In this document: in pieces, positions 17,467-25,460 of the stretch | Layout: the number at the start of each line of letters is the position of its first letter | Position numbering within the stretch: position 1 is the stretch's first letter | From: Candidatus Woesearchaeota archaeon | GTDB lineage: Archaea; Nanobdellota; Nanobdellia; Woesearchaeales; UBA9642 | Assembly (NCBI GenBank): GCA_031402215.1 | Contig: JANNSE010000062.1 | Span: 1-36,596, forward strand | Length of the DNA: 36,596 bases | Direction: 5' to 3' | Made by a program: the position numbers and the translations under genes | Notes under the pieces: model-generated | What the model was told of the DNA's origin: nothing | The model's database searches: none | Seen by the model: only the letters and a program-made list of their open reading frames with translations

Positions 17467-18393
17467 TTATTCTATCTTCGTCTCATAGAAATAATGTTTC
17501 TGTATAGGAACTATATGTGATGAGCGAATCATTTCATGGAATTGACTTCTGATTCTGTTTATCTTATCATTTATCGACAAGAAATCTTTATCCACTAGTT
17601 CGAACATATAACTAAATTCTCCAACAGTTTTGAATCTTCTAACTGCGAGCGGATCATTCTTTAATTGAGATTCCAATAAAGGAAGTTGACTTAATTTATC
17701 GTCAGCAAATTTCATAAGTATACTATAATCTACAAATCCTACGGTTGCAAAATCTATTATCGTAATAAAATTCAGAATGACTTTATTTTTAATCAAGTTT
17801 TTTATACGCGAGTGTACAATATCATAACTTATCTTAGTACGTCTAGATATTTCTAAGCTTGTGAGTCGACAATTTATACTTAACTCGCGCAATATCCTCT
17901 TATCTTTATCATCTAGAATTATTTGTGGAGGAATTTTTTCCAATCGTTGTAATACAAAATGCGTAGTAATATTTTTCTTTCTATTAAATAACTCTTCTAA
18001 CTCTTTTACAGTCGAATAAATATCTTTAGTTATCAATTTCACAGTATAATTATATTGTGATAAACAATTCATTATACTAATACAACCATTTATCCTACTC
18101 AATTCCGATACAAAAGCACTCTCGTCCTCTAAGTAACGTGTTTTTATGAATAAATAATACATACTATAACCTATTGCGGAATAGTCTATGTTAGCGTGAA
18201 AACCTTTTATAATATTTTTTTCAATTAATTTATTCATCCTATACAAAGCAGTTTGTTTTGATACACGGCATTTCTTAGACAAATCCTTAAGAGATACTCG
18301 AGCATCTTCTCTCAGCACATCAAGAATCTTTATATCAATCTTATCTACTCCAGAACTTCCCGATTCAAACAAATATTCCATCATTTTAGCCAT
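17467..18393 (-). CDS. tandem-duplicated Lrp/AsnC-family transcription regulator
   Basis: There are two HTH_AsnC-like units (IDIKILDVLREDARVSLKDLSKKCRVSKQTALYRMNKLIEKNIIKG and DKDKRILRELSINCRLTSLEISRRTKISYDIVHSRIKNLIKNKVI). Each is followed by a RAM-like segment. Confidence 0.8.
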   Translation of the reverse strand: MAKMMEYLFESGSSGVDKIDIKILDVLREDARVSLKDLSKKCRVSKQTALYRMNKLIEKNIIKGFHANIDYSAIGYSMYYLFIKTRYLEDESAFVSELSRINGCISIMNCLSQYNYTVKLITKDIYSTVKELEELFNRKKNITTHFVLQRLEKIPPQIILDDKDKRILRELSINCRLTSLEISRRTKISYDIVHSRIKNLIKNKVILNFITIIDFATVGFVDYSILMKFADDKLSQLPLLESQLKNDPLAVRRFKTVGEFSYMFELVDKDFLSINDKINRIRSQFHEMIRSSHIVPIQKHYFYETKIE

Positions 18394-18509
18394 ATTTTAG
18401 TATAGTTTAGGATTATTTATATATTTTTCCATAATTATTCCAAAATCAGTGCTTCTTATTTTATGTAGTTGTTTTACTATACTAATGTTATCAAAATAAA
18501 ATCCGATTC

Positions 18510-18630
18510 TTCCGCAAGATTTGCGGAAAAAACGGAGATAGAGTAATAAAAAATAATTCGATAACGATAGAGAGTTTATCGGAGGTATCAGAAATAAAAT
18601 TTCTGGAACCTCCTCGTAGACTCGGAGGGG
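18510..18630 (+). promoter_or_regulatory. structured 5' leader (three hairpins; alternative pairing can sequester the SD)
   Basis: Perfect stems at 18510-18528, 18559-18581 and 18581-18613. CCTCC at 18609-18613 can alternatively pair with the SD GGAGG at 18624-18628. Confidence 0.5.
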
Positions 18631-18635
18631 TTAAA

Positions 18636-19601
18636 ATGGTAACAATAGACAAGATTGTTCAAAATGTTGGAAAATTTGACGGAAAAGTAGAGAATCATCG
18701 TATGTATGAAAGAGCTAAAGAAAATATCGTAGTATTGAACGCAGATGAAGGCACAAAAAAACTTGAGCAGACATTGAAGATGAATACGAGATACAATGAT
18801 TTCAATCTTCCAAGAGTTCCAGAAGACTATAACATAGGTTTAGGGGATGTAACATTTAATGTTAGATCAGAAACTACAACAAAAAGACCACAGTATAAAA
18901 CGGCAGTAAACCAGATGGAGAATTATATTAGTGGAATAATGTTATTGTTATCCTCGGACAGAGTAATTACTGGTGTAGCAAAAGAAGAAGGACAATGGTG
19001 TATTAGCGCTGAAAAATTATTAGAACAATACGAATTAATAATTGCGGGCGTGAAATCTCCAGGAATAAAGCAAACAATAACATACGAGACCACCGGATTA
19101 ATGGCACAAGAGAATGTTCCACAAGAATTACACTTAGCTATTGAGAGTAATGGAAATCTTACTGCTGATAACTTTAGAAATTACGTAAGAAAAGATAGAC
19201 TTTTAGAAGTATCTGAAAAATATGTAAAAGCCTACGAGAAAGCACTAGGAAAAGAGAAAAAAGTTGCAGGAATAGTTTCTGTTAATAGCAGAAAGGGTTA
19301 CAAGGAAGAGAGCATTAAAACAGAGGGCACAAATTGGGCATATGTTGCAAAAACTTTAGTCAACGATTCTTTTGAAGATGACGACACAATGGGCGAACTA
19401 AACATTCTTGCAAATCCAGACATAAGTGTTAAAGCAAAAAGAAAAGAACTACCATTCTACGATTTATTCGTAAGACAACCTTATGGCGAGAAGACAATTT
19501 ACGTCGGTCTAGAAAGCGTTTATCATAGAATACAAGACTTAAAAGATGAAAAAACAATTACTGCAAACAGAACAACGTATGTTCCAAAAGAGATTGTTTA
19601 A
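18636..19601 (+). CDS. hypothetical protein (321 aa), no recognisable family
   Basis: It has the strongest SD in the window (GGAGGGG, 5-nt spacer). The ORF is long and clean with balanced soluble-protein composition. I see no motif I can name. Confidence 0.6.
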   Translation: MVTIDKIVQNVGKFDGKVENHRMYERAKENIVVLNADEGTKKLEQTLKMNTRYNDFNLPRVPEDYNIGLGDVTFNVRSETTTKRPQYKTAVNQMENYISGIMLLLSSDRVITGVAKEEGQWCISAEKLLEQYELIIAGVKSPGIKQTITYETTGLMAQENVPQELHLAIESNGNLTADNFRNYVRKDRLLEVSEKYVKAYEKALGKEKKVAGIVSVNSRKGYKEESIKTEGTNWAYVAKTLVNDSFEDDDTMGELNILANPDISVKAKRKELPFYDLFVRQPYGEKTIYVGLESVYHRIQDLKDEKTITANRTTYVPKEIV

Positions 19602-19610
19602 GACGACTAA

Positions 19611-19629
19611 TTTCTTTATTTTTTATTTT
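19611..19629 (+). terminator. oligo-T tract (archaeal-type terminator candidate)
   Basis: TTTCTTTATTTTTTATTTT begins 10 nt after the stop of the 321-aa gene. Confidence 0.3.
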
Positions 19630-19660
19630 AAAAACATTTTAACTAGTCAAAGGGATACAA

Positions 19661-20140
19661 ATGAGAACAAGTAATGTGAAATATAGTTCAGAAAGAAAAT
19701 GGACAATACCCCTGTACGATATCGGAGCATTAATTAGTGGATTCTATATAGGATATAATGAAGGAAAGGGAATAGATACAAGTCAGACAGTGGAGTATTT
19801 AACAAAATACGGTCCGACAGCTCTAGCAATATGCGTGACTCCATTGATGCTTAAAGCAGGCAATATGTTCGGAAAATGGACTAACAGACAGATTATACAA
19901 AATCTAGAAAGAGGAAATTTAGAAATTACAATAAAAAACGGGAAGACTAAGAAATATAAAAATTTAAGTGAAAACGAAAAGGCAGAAATAAGTTCAAAAA
20001 TATTAACCACGGTAAATAATCTAGAATCCAAACTGAATAACCAAAAATATTTTCAACCAACATTAATGACAGGAGCAAGAACAGCAATTGAAACAATCAT
20101 AGGTTATACAGCAGGACGAATATATAGTCAAATTAATTGA
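19661..20140 (+). CDS. hypothetical membrane-associated protein (159 aa)
   Basis: Two or three weakly hydrophobic segments (IGALISGFYIGY, PTALAICVTPLML, AIETIIGYTAG). Its 3' end overlaps the convergent gene by 8 nt. Confidence 0.5.
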   Translation: MRTSNVKYSSERKWTIPLYDIGALISGFYIGYNEGKGIDTSQTVEYLTKYGPTALAICVTPLMLKAGNMFGKWTNRQIIQNLERGNLEITIKNGKTKKYKNLSENEKAEISSKILTTVNNLESKLNNQKYFQPTLMTGARTAIETIIGYTAGRIYSQIN

Positions 20141-20474
20141 CTTTGATCTTATTCTCTTTATTCCTTTCCCAATACATTTTAACATGAGGTTCTATCATAG
20201 GATTTGCTTTAGAACCTAATTCATATAGAATATTTTCTGAAGTTCCACCCCAAGAATATGTGCCTGTTTTCTTATCAACTTTATAGACCTTAAATTCCCC
20301 TGTGTCTATACCCTTCTTCATATGATAATATATCAATCTCATCGTTACTGGATGATATAATTCCTTGTATATTTTGTACAAATCATACCCATGTAAATGT
20401 TTATAGAAGTATAATATCTCTACAATATTTTGCCTTACCTTAGAACCTATAGGTCTTCCTTGCTTTCTAACCAT
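20133..20474 (-). CDS. small winged-helix DNA-binding protein (PadR/ArsR-like), 113 aa
   Basis: RQNIVEILYFYKHLHGYDLYKIYKELYHPVTMRLIYYHMKKGIDTGEF resembles a wHTH. I chose ATG 20474 because the longer track ORF would overlap the THUMP gene start and the shared TATA. Confidence 0.5.
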   Translation of the reverse strand: MVRKQGRPIGSKVRQNIVEILYFYKHLHGYDLYKIYKELYHPVTMRLIYYHMKKGIDTGEFKVYKVDKKTGTYSWGGTSENILYELGSKANPMIEPHVKMYWERNKENKIKVN

Positions 20475-20493
20475 GACATCTATGCGACAGATA

Positions 20494-20503
20494 ACTTTAA
20501 AAA
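20494..20503. promoter_or_regulatory. shared A/T-symmetric TATA-like box between divergent leaderless genes
   Basis: ACTTTAAAAA is centred ~25-26 nt from both ATG 20474 (minus) and ATG 20525 (plus). Confidence 0.45.
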
Positions 20504-20524
20504 TGTGACGTTCATTAGTATAAC

Positions 20525-21691
20525 ATGCATCTAATATTATTATCCGGTGAGAATCTAAAATTAGCGCGTCTTGAAGTAGAATCACTTCTAGGTTTACAAC
20601 AAACTAGATTAGAAGGTAATTACCTTTTCTGCACCATTCCTTCAGAAAATACTAAGCTCATAGACAGATTATCATATGCTAGAAAAGTCTATGAAATTGT
20701 TTATGTTACAGGTAGAAAAAATCTAGAGACTTCATTAAAAGAATATCCTTGGATTAATTATTATGAAAAAAATTTCTGTGTTAGAGTTACATCAGAAGAT
20801 CATTATGATGAAAGATACTACGCAGGATTTGTTTGGCAGAGTTTAGAGAAAAGCACAAGACCTAAAGTAAATCTAGATAATCCTGCTTTATTGATTGAGA
20901 TATTTATCACCAAAGATAGAGCGACAGTTGCTAGATTAATGTATCAAAATTTCGAAAATTACGGTGAGCGTAAAGCACACTTAAGACCCGTCCTACATCC
21001 TACCACAATGCATCCAAGGATGGCCAGGGCACTAGTCAACGTATTAAACCCTAAACCAAATGAGAAGGTTATCGATCCATTCTGTGGCGCATGTGGAATA
21101 TTAACTGAAGCAGGACTTCTAGGATTAAAATTCGAGGGCTATGACATCAATAAAAAAATCCTAGATGATGCTAAAACTAACATGGAATTCTATGACATTA
21201 ATCCTAAACATTACACTCTTATGAGAAAAGATTCTACTACAATAAAGAATCTAAAAAACATAGTCACAGACTTACCATATGGAAAAAGCAGTAAGAAAAG
21301 TGAAGAGTTAGTCAGTTTATATTCTAAATTTTTAAAGAACATAACTGGAAGAGCAGTAATTGTTATGCCTAACTTCATGCCATACAAAAAATTACTTGAT
21401 AAAAATCTTCCAAAGTCTGTTGTGGTTCTAGATATAATCGACCATTATGTTCATAAAAGCTTGACTAGAAAGATTGTGATAATTGATGTTAAATCTAAAA
21501 AGACAGAAACAAAGAAAACAACAGTCATTGTAAAGACAATTAAGAAACATAAGACGACAAAAAAAGCAATTATCAAGAAAAAGAAAGTAGTTAAACATAA
21601 ATTTACAAAGAAGAAAACAATTAATCATAAAGCTAAGATAATTCACAAGAAAAAGATTAAACATAAAACTATTAAGAAAAAAAGAAAATAA
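20525..21691 (+). CDS. THUMP-domain SAM-dependent N2-guanine tRNA methyltransferase (Trm11/TrmG10-like) with a 66-aa poly-lysine tail
   Basis: The N-terminal THUMP-like region is followed by DPFCGACGILTEAGLLG (motif I) and VTDLPYG (motif IV, the D/N-P-P-Y class variant). The tail at 21491-21688 is K-rich. Confidence 0.8.
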   Translation: MHLILLSGENLKLARLEVESLLGLQQTRLEGNYLFCTIPSENTKLIDRLSYARKVYEIVYVTGRKNLETSLKEYPWINYYEKNFCVRVTSEDHYDERYYAGFVWQSLEKSTRPKVNLDNPALLIEIFITKDRATVARLMYQNFENYGERKAHLRPVLHPTTMHPRMARALVNVLNPKPNEKVIDPFCGACGILTEAGLLGLKFEGYDINKKILDDAKTNMEFYDINPKHYTLMRKDSTTIKNLKNIVTDLPYGKSSKKSEELVSLYSKFLKNITGRAVIVMPNFMPYKKLLDKNLPKSVVVLDIIDHYVHKSLTRKIVIIDVKSKKTETKKTTVIVKTIKKHKTTKKAIIKKKKVVKHKFTKKKTINHKAKIIHKKKIKHKTIKKKRK

Positions 21692-21704
21692 TTGGGGTGT
21701 AATC

Positions 21705-22673
21705 ATGCCATTAGCTACATTAAAACAAGTATTAGGAGAAGCCAAAAAGAGGCACTATGGAGTTGGCGCATTCAACGTCAATAACATGGAACAAATACAA
21801 GGCATAATGCAAGCCGCAAGAGATACAAAGAGTCCTGTAGTAATTCAAGCAAGCAGAGGCGCATTAAAATATACTAATCTTGTTTATATCAAGCATTTAA
21901 TGTTAGCAGCAGTAGAAGAAAATCCTGATATACCAATAGTTATGCATTTAGATCATGGAGATAATTTAGATACAGTAAAGAAAGCAATCGGTCTTGGTTT
22001 TAGTTCTGTAATGATTGATGCCTCAGCATATCCTTATGAAGAGAATGTGAAGATTACAAGGGAAGTTGTAAAGTATGCACACAAATTCGGAGTAAGTGTA
22101 GAAGGAGAACTTGGAACTTTAGGCGGAATTGAAGAAGATGTTGCAAATAGTGTTAAATTAACTGATCCAGCAAAAGCAGTTGAATTTATTAAACTAACAG
22201 GTGTTGATGCACTTGCTATTGCAATAGGAACGAGCCACGGCGCATACAAATTCAAAAGTCAACCAAAATTAGCAATACCTTTAGTAAAAAAAATATCACA
22301 GAAAGTTAACATACCACTTGTAATGCACGGTTCTAGCAGCGTACCAGTCGAATTAAGAAATGATATTAACAAATTCGGTGGTAAGATGCCTAACGCTATG
22401 GGAGTTCCAACAGCAAGCATTCAAGCAGCAATTAAAAACGGCATATGTAAAATTAATACCGATACAGATGTTAGAATGGCAATGACTTCAAGCGTTAGAA
22501 GAGTATTCAGTGAACATCCTGAAATATTTGATCCAAGAGATTATCTAGGACCTGGTCGTGATGCTATTACTAAAGTGGTAGCTTCTAAGATGAAAGCATT
22601 CGGAACTGCAGGACATGCTAAGGATTATAAGATAATTCCACTTAAAGAAGCTAAGAAATGGTATAAGAAATAA
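21705..22673 (+). CDS. fba: class II (metal-dependent) fructose/tagatose-bisphosphate aldolase
   Basis: GVGAFNVNNME, VMHLDHG, SVEGELG, AIGTSHGAYKF and LVMHGSS are the canonical class II FBA blocks. GGGGTG SD lies 5 nt upstream, so the gene is likely co-transcribed with the THUMP gene. Confidence 0.9.
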   Translation: MPLATLKQVLGEAKKRHYGVGAFNVNNMEQIQGIMQAARDTKSPVVIQASRGALKYTNLVYIKHLMLAAVEENPDIPIVMHLDHGDNLDTVKKAIGLGFSSVMIDASAYPYEENVKITREVVKYAHKFGVSVEGELGTLGGIEEDVANSVKLTDPAKAVEFIKLTGVDALAIAIGTSHGAYKFKSQPKLAIPLVKKISQKVNIPLVMHGSSSVPVELRNDINKFGGKMPNAMGVPTASIQAAIKNGICKINTDTDVRMAMTSSVRRVFSEHPEIFDPRDYLGPGRDAITKVVASKMKAFGTAGHAKDYKIIPLKEAKKWYKK

Positions 22674-22704
22674 ATTTTTATTTATCTTTTGTTTGATTCT
22701 CTAA

Positions 22705-23517
22705 TTATCTCTTACTTTTATTTGATTCTTCCTCATATAATTTCAATGCATCATCTATAGACATTCCTTCATGCATCATTTTACGGATTGCTTTTGTAAG
22801 AGCGTGTGGCGTATTATGTTGCCAAATATTTCTTCCTGTTACAATTCCTGCCGCACCAGTCTTCATTATTTCATCACTCATTCTCAAAAACGCGTGTTCT
22901 TCCATCATACCGTGTTCTGCAACTAGAACTTTTGCTCTTCCAGCACACTTGACGACCCATTTGAATCCTTCTAAATTATTATTATATTTTAATTTTAAGA
23001 AATCGGCTCCTAATTCTAGACCTACACGTGCAGCATATGCTAATGCATCAGTATCAAGTTCATTTTTTACATCTGGTCCTCTAGGATACATCCAACCTAT
23101 AACTGGAATTCCATATTCATGTGCTTGCTCAACTATTTTTCCAAACTCGGAAAACATTTCTGGCTCAAGAGGACTTCCATCATAAATAGTATATCCTATT
23201 GCAGAAGCTCCTAATTTTATTGCTCTTTCAACAGAACATATTTGTTTAGACACAGCAATAGGAGAATCTAAAAATGCTGTTTTACCATTTAATTTTACAA
23301 TCAATGGAACATCCTTGTAATAACCGTGATAATATTTTTCTGCAATTCCGGCTTGTACTATTATTCCATCATACATTCCTTCAAGCGCTATGTCAAATAC
23401 GTATTTAGGATCAACAGTCATAGTATTCATATCTTTTGGACCATGTTCTAATCCTTGATCATATGATAATAACAGCGATCTACCGTTTTTTAGAATTTTA
23501 GTAGTATTAACTCGCAT
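22705..23517 (-). CDS. archaeal-type class I aldolase (DhnA/FBA-Ia family; could be FBP aldolase or ADH synthase)
   Basis: LLSYDQGLEHGP, ADFLKLKY (Schiff-base Lys region) and GIVTGRNIWQ. I prefer ATG 23517 because it follows GAGGTG plus a 5-nt spacer. Confidence 0.8.
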   Translation of the reverse strand: MRVNTTKILKNGRSLLLSYDQGLEHGPKDMNTMTVDPKYVFDIALEGMYDGIIVQAGIAEKYYHGYYKDVPLIVKLNGKTAFLDSPIAVSKQICSVERAIKLGASAIGYTIYDGSPLEPEMFSEFGKIVEQAHEYGIPVIGWMYPRGPDVKNELDTDALAYAARVGLELGADFLKLKYNNNLEGFKWVVKCAGRAKVLVAEHGMMEEHAFLRMSDEIMKTGAAGIVTGRNIWQHNTPHALTKAIRKMMHEGMSIDDALKLYEEESNKSKR

Positions 23518-23574
23518 ACACACACCTCTTTAACATGACTTTACTCACCTATAATTGATTATGATTGTTTGTAT

Positions 23575-24582
23575 TTATAACTTTTTCTTAAAAATCTCTC
23601 TGTCATCGTCTTCTACTAGTTCAAATAACTCTTTTCCTAATAGAACGTTTTTCGCTCCTAAGTGCTTTATGACAGATTCTGCGTTAAGCATTCCCATCTT
23701 TAAAGATATTCCTATATCTTTGCCTAGCATTATGCCTGCTACGAACGCCGATGCAAAAGCATCTCCAGCACCTGTAGTTTCAGCAATTTTTACTTTTATG
23801 GGCTTTGCCGAATACACTATTCCATCCTTAACATTATAACAATGCGCTCCATTGCGTCCATCAGTTATAACAACCATTTTTGGACCTAATTTTGAGACTT
23901 CAAATAATAAATTAAATATATTATCGTGCTGACTAGATATCAACGCTTGAGCTTCTTCTTTATTAAATACAACAATTTCAGAATTTTTAAGTATACTACG
24001 TGCAGCTCTAGTATGATCCTTTACAATGTATAAACTTGGATTATATGCCATTTTTATACCTTTTTTCTTCGCATAATCTGCAATCTTTTGTTGTGTATCT
24101 AAACTGTCTTTCATCATTGAAGATAAATACAACCATTTAGAATCTATCGCCCTGAAATTTACATCTCCAGATTTTAACTCATCATTACATCCCTTGTATG
24201 TAAATATGGTTCTATCATCCTCAACAGAATCTAGTATAACAGAATACCCCGATATCTCACCATATGTTCCTATGAAATCTACTCTTTCTTTAAACAAGCA
24301 ATCACTTATTGTTTTGCCATTATCGTCTTTTCCTATTTTACCTAAGTACGCCGTTTTTAATCCTAATCTAGAAAATGCTACAGCAGTATTTGTTCCACCA
24401 CCACCAACGAAGAAATGCATTTCTTTAATAAGTATTTTCGCGCCAAGTGGATACGCTATATCTTTATGATTATGTAGTGTTACAACTTCAGATTGTGTAG
24501 GATCTGTATGTGCAAACACATCAACAGTCGCAGAACCAACTGTTATAATATCATATTTTTGAATAAAACCAAACAAATTCAC
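23575..24582 (-). CDS. PfkB-family carbohydrate/nucleoside kinase
   Basis: GGGGTNTAVAF (PfkB signature 1 region) and ETTGAGDAFASAF (signature 2). The start is ambiguous: GTG 24582 overlaps a GAGGTG SD, and TTG 24576 is the alternative. Confidence 0.85.
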   Translation of the reverse strand: MNLFGFIQKYDIITVGSATVDVFAHTDPTQSEVVTLHNHKDIAYPLGAKILIKEMHFFVGGGGTNTAVAFSRLGLKTAYLGKIGKDDNGKTISDCLFKERVDFIGTYGEISGYSVILDSVEDDRTIFTYKGCNDELKSGDVNFRAIDSKWLYLSSMMKDSLDTQQKIADYAKKKGIKMAYNPSLYIVKDHTRAARSILKNSEIVVFNKEEAQALISSQHDNIFNLLFEVSKLGPKMVVITDGRNGAHCYNVKDGIVYSAKPIKVKIAETTGAGDAFASAFVAGIMLGKDIGISLKMGMLNAESVIKHLGAKNVLLGKELFELVEDDDREIFKKKL

Positions 24583-24675
24583 ACCTCTTAATAAGATTAT
24601 CTGCGCATATTCTATTTATAAATTTTTATGATGTTTAATGAAAAGATATAAATACCTTGACACCAAACTTACAAC

Positions 24676-25446
24676 ATGTCGTTTTTCCAATCTGAAGAAG
24701 AAAAAAGGGAAGAAAATAGGATAGAAGAAGCAGTTCACAATATTGCTAATTGGATCGTAGACACGCTAAAGGACGAAGGATTATTAACGCTGTACTTGGC
24801 AGGCACCATAATGGATAAGAATGAAAGAGTGTCTGGTAGCGACATAGATTTTTTTGCCATAGTACAATAAGATTTTGATATTAGTAGAGAAAGAGAATTT
24901 AACGCAACACTGTCTGAGAGAAGACATGATTTGTGTAAAGGATTTGAATGTAGATTAAGGTTATTTCCCTTATGTTCTCTTCAAGGAGGAGAAATTAAGG
25001 GCGTATTGAACGTCATAAGACCTGAAAGAGTGATCCAAAAACTGCCCTTCTACAAAATACTCTGGGGTAAAAAATGGAATTATAAAGAAGATTTTATTAA
25101 ACCGCTTGGATTAAAAAATGAAGCGAAAATACTTATGACTCAGATACGTGTAAGTATTAGACACATAAAAGCTAATGCTGAAAAATTCTCATTAACATAT
25201 TTCCCGAAACTTATAATCGAGCTTATTAGAGTAGAAGCACAAATATTTTATAACTTTGAATATCATCCATCGCGAAAAAGGCTAGCAGAACACTTATCTA
25301 CAGATAAGGAACACATAATCCATAAAGCACTTGAATTAAGGCAAAAAGGGGAAGAAATGTCTCGAGAAGATATTTTGCTTTTTGTTATAGAAGTGGAAAA
25401 GTATATAGATTACTTAGATAAACAGTTAGATAATCATTTTAATTAA
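24676..25446 (+). pseudogene. AadA/ANT-like nucleotidyltransferase (NTase domain plus helical C-terminal domain) interrupted by one in-frame TAA at 24868-24870
   Basis: LYLAGTIMDKNERVSGSDIDFFAIVQ is an NTase G-S...D-x-D motif. ORFs 24676-24870 and 24931-25446 are in the same frame, and the 20 codons between them contain no further stop. The combined length of ~255 aa matches ANT(3'')-type enzymes. Confidence 0.6.
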
Positions 25447-25460
25447 GAAAAATACTATTT

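Noticed and set aside
20475-20585. N-terminal 37-codon extension of the wHTH ORF (track start 20585)
   Set aside because: It would overlap the THUMP gene start and the shared TATA box. The internal ATG 20474 has canonical ~26-nt TATA spacing, and the extension (MILLQDALILDSHRIIILDAC...) looks non-coding.
24931-25446. Treating the 171-aa ORF (TTG start) as an independent gene, e.g. the HEPN partner of a minimal nucleotidyltransferase
   Set aside because: It is in the same frame as the upstream 64-aa ORF, with an open 20-codon bridge. The 64-aa piece is too short for a complete NTase fold. The combined length fits a single AadA-like enzyme.
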